Assembly (NCBI GenBank): GCA_963924565.1
Contig: OZ004607.1
Location: 30,752,001 to 30,816,000 of the forward strand
DNA: 64,000 nt
Direction of reading: 5' to 3'
Source of the DNA: Ascidiella aspersa
Taxonomy: Eukaryota
The notes under the pieces: generated by a model
What the model was told of the DNA's origin: nothing
The model's database searches: none
What the model saw: only the letters and a program-made list of their open reading frames with translations
Position numbers and translations under genes: made by a program
Shown here: piece by piece, positions 54,601 through 64,000 of the stretch
Layout: each line of letters starts with the position of its first letter
How positions within the stretch are numbered: position 1 is the first letter of the stretch

Positions 54601-57600
54601 TTTATCACTATCTCATTTGATTATCGGATATTGGCTCTGTATGCAGTAACGAGGAGTAACTTAAGCACCAATTTCTAGATCAACCTTAATTTAAACATTG
54701 TTTTTCAATGGTTGTGTGTCCACCAGGTGGTTGTTTTAGCGGCGTTTTTCTTCATTTTCTACAACAGAAAAATTAGATATATTGAGGTCGCAAAATGCAA
54801 CAGAAATAATGTTTTCAAAACTGTTTTTTGCCATATTTTTATTCTCTTCTGTCCAAACATACCTTCATGTTAAAGCATGCTATTTACACCGCAATTTACA
54901 CCAACGCGACAGGTACGATATACCCAAGTATTTATAACATCACATTATGTACTAAAATTATAAACTACATTTTATCTGCCTTTTGATATATTTGTTTTGC
55001 AATGCACATAGCTCTATGTTGAAACCACATACAGTATTAGCGCGTTTTTATCCACTTTAAAGTCGAGTGTATCGACGTGGGTGTTAGTTATTTATTCATA
55101 ACGTCATAAAATGGCGACACTTTATAACGTCATGTCGACTCAACCCCTTTCGTGCTCGCCGACAGAGAAAAAACCTAGCATCCCAACAGCTATAGAGCCT
55201 GTATTATAGTGTTGGCATTTCGTATTAGCCAAGTCAAGCATGTCTTCAGAAGATGAAAATGTAAACTCTCTGTTCTTTCTTCCAGTCATCTCCTCTTGCC
55301 CGAGGGAGTCCCACCTGAGCGTCAACGGGCGCGCTTCATCTTCAAGATCTACCGCGCCGAGGGTCTTCCCAAGATGAACACGAGCATTACCGAGAAACTG
55401 AAAACGGTCCTCCAGGGGGAGGCGAGGGACCTGGTGGACCCTTATATCGAAATTTCCTTTTGCGATCAGAAGGTACCTAAATACAGTCCACGGTAATTGT
55501 TTTGCGCAGCTCTAAACGTGAGAGAATCAATGTTGTAAACAAGTCATTTAAACTGACGTACCTTTCAAGTTATTTGCTAATTAAGTTTATTCCTAGTCCA
55601 AGTCATTATAGCATGTAAAATTTGACTCGCTTTATTAAAAACATGCAAATCATTTAAATTAAAAATCGCATTCAAATCGAGTTTTATCGCATCACAAACA
55701 ATAAAAACGCAATAAATAACACAAAATTGTTTTACAGCTTAAAGGTAATATTAAACCTCAATTTTACCAAAACTGTATATTAAACTAAACACTTATATTC
55801 CACCCAAAATATTCTCTCTAAAGATTTCAGTCAAGGTGTTTGTCTTTGAAAGAACTTACTTCAGTCGAATCAAACATATTTCAAACAGTGCACCTAATTT
55901 AAGTCATTTACTTGAGGTTTTAACACTGGAAAGTATGTCGTATTATATTTCTGCGCTTGCTAGCTGTACCACTGTTCCTAATCAATTGTGAATTATCACG
56001 TTTCCAGTTATTTGTCTCACAGTCAAGGATTTGTGTGCTAATACGAATTTTGACAAACCTACATCCTTTGCTCACAGGGTCGCACCTCAGTGAAAAAGAA
56101 CTCGTACGAGCCTTGTTGGAATGAGCAGATCATCTTCACCGAGCTCTTTCCGCCTCTGTGCAAGCGAATACGGATCCAGATCAGGGACAAGGACAACCTC
56201 AACAACACAGTCATAGGAACTGCTTTCTTGGAACTCGATCGCATCTCAAACTCCGGCGACCGAGGTATTTTTTTAAGTCGAATACTGTTGTAGACTTTTT
56301 TGGGGAAATTCAAGTGTGGTTCATATTGGCGGACCATGGGCATTTAGGGTTTATACTCCCTGTAATATATCGGCATAGGACGCAAAGAGTTATAACTAAT
56401 TTTCCAATTGAAAGAATTGTTTTTTCGACAATATGTCCGAAATGTTAAGGCATTAGTAACAATACTTCGTATACCTTTAATGCTACACTTCTCGAAAATA
56501 ATACGTGAGATGATTGTAAATCCCCATGCTTAGAGACGATTGTATATTCCCATGCTTGTGTTTTTTTATGAACTAATAGCAAGTTAGAGCATAATGAGCT
56601 AATTATTCCTAATACGTCTAGTGGCGGTAAAAAAATATAGTGCTTCTTGAAGAAGCACTATATTCTATATGGCACATATTTGAACGAAAACTGCTTGTTT
56701 CTCGTTTCGTGTCAATATTGGTAACAAATATTTACTGAAATACTTCTGGAACTTGCGGCGAGAATGTATCAATGTTAAGTTATGATGTAATATCATTATT
56801 TTTTAACATTATCATGTAGTGCAGCTTAGACAATTTTGTATTGTACGAAGATTTCGCTAAACAGTTACATGCAAAGAAAGTATCTTGCTTTAAATCATAC
56901 AAATCTCTAGATAGATTGTGTCATTAATCGGGGAAAACAGAAAATTACTTAAAAACTTTTTCTGTTTTACCGAAAGTAGTGTATGTCATTTTTTATGATC
57001 TTAAGACTTAGAGTATTGTAGTATTAAAATCCACTGTAGCGTTTCACCCGTGCGTAGGTTTCCGGTGTCAGTTATAATTGTGTTTTGTTTTTTCGCTAAC
57101 TCCACCAACACGTTCACTCGGACCGGAACACATCAGTCCATTTCGGTAATGTCCTTGCTGTAGTAAAGCATTGTGTTACGGCGTAGTTGCGTGCAACTTT
57201 TTGTTTGTGTGACGTAGTATGCAACCAGCAGACACAAAAAACGGAGAGAAAGTCCTTAAAACAATCTGTATTTTAAACTAAGTTTTTCATTTTTATGTGC
57301 ACGAGAAAGAATATTTATTTTTTCGAAAATAAAGTTTTGAATTCAGCTTGGGTCTATATTTTGCCTGATACAGGTTACCCCGCTTTCTCTTCGTTTACAT
57401 AATGTGTTGCTGTGTTGTTTTTATGTTGTTCAGCACAATTTCACCGTTGTTCAGCACAATTTCACCAAATCAAATAACAATTTACAGTTCACTCGAAATA
57501 TTTGTCGTTGACTTGATTTTTCTGCAAGTTAAATTATTTCTCTTGTTTGATTAATTTGAGTTTTTACACGTATTAACACAACGCAATTTTGCATGTATCC

Positions 57601-60600
57601 ACCTTTTACTAACGATATACATTTCCACTAACTGTAACTCGATGAAAGGCAGACACGTTAGCGGTACACAACTTCATAAATTATCGTTATATTCGCTTTT
57701 TTGTTAATTTATTAAAATAGATCGTAAGGGTCAAGTAAAGTATTTTATTGCCATACGCTATCGGGCATTTTTGATTCTGTATTGATTAGAATGTTTGATC
57801 CTTATTCCGATAGCAAAACCCGATAATTTTGACAAGTGTCGCCATCCGGCCCTAAACCAAATGATGTTATTATTTTTAAGCAAGTAATTTAGCTTGAAAA
57901 GTGCAATGGTAATGGTTGTTTTCAAAATTTGCAATGGTAAATGTTTTTCAAAAATTAGACCGAAATTTGCTTTTGCATCCCCTATTTATCTTCGATTTGT
58001 TTGTATATTAAGGAAAAAAACCTTTCAATATAACTGTAATCTGAAAAAACTCCAATCCGACGATATCAGACATCCCTAGTATTGAATATTCAAAGTTACC
58101 GTAATGTTAGGACAACTGAGATGATTTTTTTTGTTTTTTTTCTTTCTAGATTGGTGATTTTTTCTGGATGTTGGTAAAGAAAGCAGTAATACATAAAATA
58201 AGCAAATTTAAATGATTCCGATTCCATAAACCAAAAACGCTGATTAAACAAAGCTGACAAAAGTAAATTGTCTGGCAAACCCGTCAGATCTGTGAGTACA
58301 AAATCGTTCTCTCACATTTTTGCTCTAATATGCTTAAATTTTAACATACAATTTGTTTTCTAAACTAAACTTGTTATAGGCGTTCTAAGGCCATTTTGTT
58401 GTGTTGGTCTGTCGATGTGCTTTTTGTTATAAATTGGCTGAGATATGCAGCAATTACTAACCTGTTAATTGCCTTGCCTGTTATTGCATTGATCAAAATG
58501 CACCTGTTCTCGTAAGTATATTTGAATGTCCACGAATACTGATTGCGATAACACATTGAAATGCAACGTGCACGCAAACATATAATCAATGAAACACAAA
58601 ATTATTTTTTGTCAAATATTAATGTTTACGTAGTGTTATTTTGCCTTGCCAATCGTTATTATTAAGGAGTCTCTGATAATATGAACAACTATATCATGAC
58701 CAGAATGAATTATGTTTTGTCTGCTAATCATTTGGTCAAAAATTTAACCAGACAAAACAATTTAAAGGAGAATTTGTCAAACTCTTTCAAAACTTAACTT
58801 GGATGAACAAATAAATATAAATCTTACTAAAAAGGGGGAACTAAAGCTTTTTGCAATGGTGTTTAAACTTAGTTAACTCGCCTGTTTGTTGATGGAAAAC
58901 TCGCGTAAAAATGGCAAATTAATTTGTTGGTCTGTTGCGACATCTAGCGGCAAACTTAAACTTGGTTCGAACAGGTTTTCTCCCAACGTTCGGTCCCACG
59001 TTTGTCAACATGTACGGCTCGCCGCGCAACTACACAATGGTGAACGAACACTCGGACCTTAACTCTGGCCTCGGCGAGGGAGTGGCTTTCAGGTTTGGCT
59101 AAAGTGACACGTTTGAGGTGTTTGGGAAAAGTTGACTAAATGTTTCGGGTTCCTTACCCTTTCAGAAATGCCTTTTTAAATGCTATAAAATGAAATTTAA
59201 CTCCGACAACTCCTCGCAATTTGACATTCACTGTATGTTATACGTGTTTACAAATCTACTTATTCAATTCGAGTGCTTAACAGCTATCTGATTTTATAGT
59301 TTCGCAGAGAAAATGTTTAAACGTGTTTATCTGTCCTATACCTACAACACTGACTCCATTTTACATTTATTTCTTAATATCAACTGTCTAACTGAGCTTA
59401 CTTTTTGTTAGATTGTATTACTAACTTCGTTTATCATACACTAACTTAACATTATTTACACCTTAGCAGCCCTTGCCCTTCAATTAGTACATCAATATGA
59501 TAGCTACACTTTTCACGGAGAAAATAATGTATATTGTCTCACAGAGCTCGTTTGCTCGTTGCCCTGTCGGTCGAACTGGTGAACGTGAACGCCAGCGAGG
59601 GTCAAGGCTCATCTGATGTCGAAACAGAAATTATCCCAGCTCTTTCAGAGGTTGGTCGACAAAAAATAGTTTAACAGAAATGTGTTAAGCTATAGGCTAC
59701 TCTACCACAGTGGTCGGCAAACTTTTGTTGTCGCGGCCCAAAGTAATCTTTTAAGAGCAAGTGAAGACCCACTAAGTAAAACTACTACGAAAACACAGGC
59801 GGACACAAGATATTTGATTTAGAGGCGAAATATTACACGGCGCCTTGATAGCCAAAACACTACCATGTTATAATGTAAAACATACTACAAAACGAAACAG
59901 ATAAAAAAAAAAGTTTGCGTTTATATATAGTTGAAGTTGGCAAAAAAATATAGTTTGACAGGCTTCAAGGACCACATTCGTCACTTGGGCCTTTCCAAGC
60001 TGATCCAATATAAAAATTTTATTTCACGCCCACTTTTAAAATAAAGCGCAATGAATGTGCGACTATGCGCGGCCCACAACTACATGATAACACTAAACTA
60101 TTCAAATGTAGCTCGCGGCCCACAAAACATGGCTCTGCGGCCCACATTTGGGCCGCGGCCCACAGTTTGCCGACCACTGGTCTACCACGTTTAGCCTGCA
60201 TATTTTTAAAGTAATCTGGGAAAGTTTTACTTTAACAAAAACGCTCAAAATGTAACGAATGTAAATTGATTTCTACCATATTTTTGTAACGAAATCAGTT
60301 CGTGGCATTTTTGCGCTTTTTTAAGTTTATAGTTTTTTTTAATTTCTTTTGCAAATTTTCCTACATGGCGTTTTTTGTCAAACTGGTTGCTTTCAGTACA
60401 TGTATACTGCGTATAAGGTCCATAAAAGGTGCGGACGTTTACAATCAGCTATCTTAACTTCACAGTAAACCCAGAATTTTAATATGTTATAGCTCGGAGC
60501 CGGGAAGATTGAGGAATTCTTTCTGTTCGGTTCGATCTTGGAGGCCAACATGATCCACAAAAGTATCTCCGAAAAGCCTGTTACGTTTGAAGTCACCATT

Positions 60601-63351
60601 GGTAAGCGCATCTGCTTTCTTTATTACAAGTATAATTTCTTATGGCAAGTATGGATATTTGAACTCAAATCACACCCTTCCAAGCGATTTTGGATTCCGG
60701 AAAACTGAAGTAATCCAAACAAAATTGGTGTACAATTGGCAGTTTAAACTGCATTCATTAATTCTAAATTCGGACAAGTTAACAGTGTTTCGTAAAAGTT
60801 TCGTTTTTTAGCTCAGCCGCCTAAAGAATTGGTCGCGTTTTTTCGCGGTCTTTGGTTTAAATCTCACTTAAGCACGTGTCTTTCATAAAGTGCTAATATA
60901 TATTTATACTGATAAATTAATCTTTAAAAACAGCGGTCGAATTTTCCCGCATGCGTTGGTTCGACTCCCACCTAATTACGGGATTTTTCAAAAACGTTTA
61001 GCAACGTAAAATCGCAATTTGTTTCAGGAAACTATGGCAATGACATTGACGGCGCCAACTTGAGCAGCAAGCGACGCAAGAGCGACAGCGCCGAAGACGG
61101 TGACTCAGACGACTCACTGGCCGACTCGGATGACGAGAGCCAGTCTCTGCTCAAGGGCACTCAGACCTTCAATGACCCTAACATGCGACCCTTGACCCCG
61201 CCAATGCGACCTCTGACCTCCGATAAGTAAATGACCACTGTAAATTTTGACATGAAATCGCCTGGTGCAGAAATATGGAAAACTATTTAAAATATTTATG
61301 TTTAATTTAACAATTTAAAAGCTTTTCTTATAATGATGTGTACTTATAACGGTGTGTTCTTATATATCTTACTTGCCTCTCTATAACAATTAAAAACCTT
61401 TTCTTATAGCGGTGTGTACTTTTACTGGTGTGTGTTTTCTGTATCTATCTTACTTACCTCCCTTTTCAACATAGACCTACAGATCAGAACCGACGATCTA
61501 TCATACAAAAAATAAATCTTAACTTTTTGTTATCTGTATACCTGTTTGTTCTATGTAGTTTGTATCACCACATGCCTTACCACGAGAAGAAGCCTTGCGT
61601 GTACTTGACCAGCTACTGGCACGACCAGAAGAGGCGTCTCTACACTTCCAACATCATCCATCGCATTACCGAGAAGCTGGTGAGTAAATTAGATTGCAAA
61701 GCTTATTTTATGCAATGCTGTTATTAACATTTAAACTGCCTTTCTTAAACTTAAAGCAGGACAAATTTATAATATGCAATGTGTCTCCAATATTATTTTT
61801 CGACATTATTTGATGTATCTGTTTCTTTTCAATGTATTTTTAATTTTTGTTGGTAATATAGACTTTAAAGTCCAAGCGGTAGCCTGACATGAATATACGT
61901 GGTGTCGTTTTTGCTCCCTGTAAATATAGACCGCCAATGTATTTTGCTTACTTATTTTTCGTTTAATTCCTAAACTTTACCATCTATCTCTTTGGTTTTC
62001 TCTCTCTACGTCCCCTGTAGATATACAATTATACAATTATACATATCTTCCTATTTCTGTCAACTTATTTCTTGGTCTCTTCTTATAGACATATTATTAT
62101 CTTTTGCTTGACTCCCACCGTTTTTCTTCTCAACGCTTTATGTTTCCATGTTTCCTTCTTCTTTATCTACTGTATCATAATCTGATCGAATCTTTAACGC
62201 TTTACGCCATACAGGACGAAGGACTGCAAGATGTCCAAGAAATGATCAAGACCAACCAGCAGCGCCCGGACCGTCGTCTCCGCGGCGTCGTGTCTGACCT
62301 CATCAACGGTTGTGCCACCTACAACAGGCTGGTCAAGGGCACAGGGGGCGCTGCGGCCGGGAAGACCAGGCTAGATCGCGAAAGACACAAGCTTCGCCTT
62401 CGCGAAATTGTGAGTCAAGTTTTTGAAAGCTTGAGAAGAACTTATCGGCTTTTTTATTTTATATTGATGAACGTGATATTGGATGAATGAAGCTAGAAAA
62501 TAAAATGTCATTCTGTAATTATTTGATAGATTGTCACTCTTTACTAATCAATTATGATGGACCACATGATCCATTACAATATTTTTGAAAAAATTTGAGT
62601 CTTTAGGAGCCAAAGAATGATGGTTGAACTACCAAACACACCGCTTATTTTTTTCAAAAAACATTAGTCAAAGCTGCTTTACTGTGTCATGTATATATAT
62701 TTCAAAATAACATAAAACAGGTGTCTTTTTTAGTAGGTTAGGGCCAAAGTTTCGCTGCCAACTAAAACAGTTTCAAATTCTTTCGATATTTCTGACAGTC
62801 AATTGCTGTGTACAAAATTACCAATTGTATTATTAAGGAATTGCTCAGCAACGAATCGGTGAAGTTGCAAAAGACTTTGAAGCTTAGCACCCTGAAGGAC
62901 AAGATGGGAAAGATGAAGAGTTTACTCGGCAAACTAAAGTTTCTTGCGGACGATGTAAGTCGAACAATTTTGTTTCGCCTTTAAAGTTTAGCCTACCTAT
63001 TCGCCAAATTAGTATACTACCAAAAAAGTCATCTAACTTACTATTGCGAAAAAAGTTAATGCACATCATTAAAATAAGAACTGCTTCCAAAATCAATTAA
63101 GAAAGCATGATGCATTGTGTTGTAAATACCTTTAAGTTCTTGTTTTTTCTGAGCACCAAGAAATGCTCGAACAACAATATACTTTACTTATTTTCCAGCC
63201 GCAGCACTCGATCCCTGACGTCTTCCTGTGGATGCTGAGTGGAAAGAAGAGAGTGGCTTACTGCCGCATCCCAACCCGGAAGATCCTACACTCCATCTGT
63301 CAGGAGGAATCCGGCCAGCACTGCGGGAAGATTCAAACGCTCTTCGTGCGG
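36693..63351 (+). CDS. OTOF: Otoferlin (multi-C2 ferlin), long form with C2A; 3' partial, continues past the window
   Basis: Exons 36693-36771, 37810-37868, 38607-38695, 39163-39262, 39689-39828, (41683-41733), 44293-44354, 45466-45574, 46195-46249, 47612-47806, 50887-51048, 54302-54381, 55286-55472, 56078-56264, 58975-59092, 59545-59650, 60493-60601, 61028-61226, 61559-61679, 62215-62409, 62838-62954, 63199-63351. Otoferlin-type strings [67 protein letters not shown]. Confidence 0.95.
39963..40476. mobile_element. hAT-type MITE
   Basis: TIR CAGGGATGTCC / GGACATCCCTG, perfect TSD GGCTAAAC. Confidence 0.85.
46765..47611. repeat. Degenerate tandem repeat (about 380-395 bp, two full copies plus a partial) ending at an OTOF acceptor
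   Basis: TTCACC...CAAAATGGC...TTGTGCTT recurs at about 46770, 47147 and 47546. TAAGTTTAGAGACAGGAAGTTT occurs twice. Confidence 0.85.
47905..48190. mobile_element. hAT-type MITE
   Basis: TIR AAGTGTTTCCCAA / TTGGGAATCACTG, perfect TSD ATTTAAAG. Confidence 0.8.
51037..51430. repeat. Tandem duplication spanning an OTOF 5' splice site
   Basis: GGCTACCTCAAG|GTC(A/G)GTTGTCTGTT at 51037 and 51218. TAGACATTACTCT and GTAGCGTTTTATGAAC are also duplicated. Confidence 0.9.
52376..52875. mobile_element. MITE with GACTT/AAGTC subterminal arrays
   Basis: TIR CAGTGTTGTAA / TTACAACACTG, perfect TSD GAAACAGG. Related copies at about 55528-55929, 63366-63920 and 6913-7200. Confidence 0.88.
59708..60179. mobile_element. 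hAT-type MITE
   Basis: Perfect 16-bp TIR CAGTGGTCGGCAAACT, TSD CTCTACCA/GTCTACCA, GCGGCCC subterminal repeats. Confidence 0.88.
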
Positions 63352-63365
63352 GTGAGTGTGTGTGG

Positions 63366-63920
63366 CAGCGTTGTAAATAAGTCACTTGTGAAAAGACTTA
63401 AGTCACTGTCAAGTCATTTGCAAAAAAACTTCAAGTCACAGCATTGGCTTTACAAAATAATATCCCACCTTTTTATAAGTAATACTTGAAACACATATCA
63501 GTCACATTAACTGAAGATGGTACAAGCTCGTATCAAAACGTCCTAATCGAGATGTTGTCAATCTACTACTTATTTGGCTGAGCAATTTGTTATCAAGCTA
63601 CATTAGAGATCCCTGCCTAGTGTATCCAAAATAATATTTAACTTCTAAAAATGGTAAACACCTTCCATTCTGACCAATATTTCACAGCAAAAACAAAAAA
63701 CGAAACACATAACACATAAGTTAACATTTATTACGTTTTATATTTGGCTTGAATAACTCAATTTTACTAAAAAGTATTCAAATAAAGCACATATGTCACG
63801 CTATTTGTCTAAATAACTGAAGTCAAGTCAAGTTATTTTACCCACAAGACTTGAGTCAAGTCATTTGAAACAAAGACTTAAGATCAAGTAAAATCATTGA
63901 CTCAAGTCATTACAGCACTG
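63366..63920. mobile_element. MITE with AAGTCA arrays (family of 52376-52875, opposite orientation)
   Basis: Ends CAGCGTTGTAA / TTACAGCACTG, partial TSD GTGTGTGG/GAGTGTGA. Confidence 0.75.
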
Positions 63921-64000
63921 GAGTGTGAGAATCAAGTCTGTGCCTTCCTAATGTCAAAACGACAGATTTGCAGCCCCTTTAAAAAACATCTCTATTTGCT

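Noticed and set aside
57426-57467. Short direct duplications (also about 17256, 46471, 54037, 61327)
   Set aside because: Ordinary slippage-type duplications with no apparent functional context.

Overview
AT-rich, intron-rich eukaryotic (animal) genomic DNA. The gene content, human-like otoferlin exon sizes, compact gene spacing and mosaic CpG pattern suggest an invertebrate chordate such as an ascidian (inference only). I reconstructed six spliced protein-coding genes by hand: a divergent PUS3/TruA-family pseudouridine synthase (+, possibly 5' partial), TOMM20 (+), EMC7 (-), YIPF4 (+), two-pore channel TPC3 (-) and otoferlin (+, 3' partial). The introns are full of non-autonomous DNA transposons (MITEs with 8-bp TSDs, several nested) and tRNA-derived repeats. 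The most notable observations: (1) a U12-type AT-AC intron and a GC-AG intron in TPC3; (2) three tandem duplications that copy splice sites and create decoy or poison sites; (3) TOMM20 and EMC7 share a leader layout of a YY1-like AAAATGGCG followed by a splice donor exactly 28 nt from the ATG; (4) a tRNA-like dimer at a CpG-poor/CpG-rich boundary inside TPC3; (5) altered active-site motifs in the PUS3-like protein. No CRISPR array, rRNA or prokaryote-type system was seen. Coordinates were counted by hand and may be off by a few bases.
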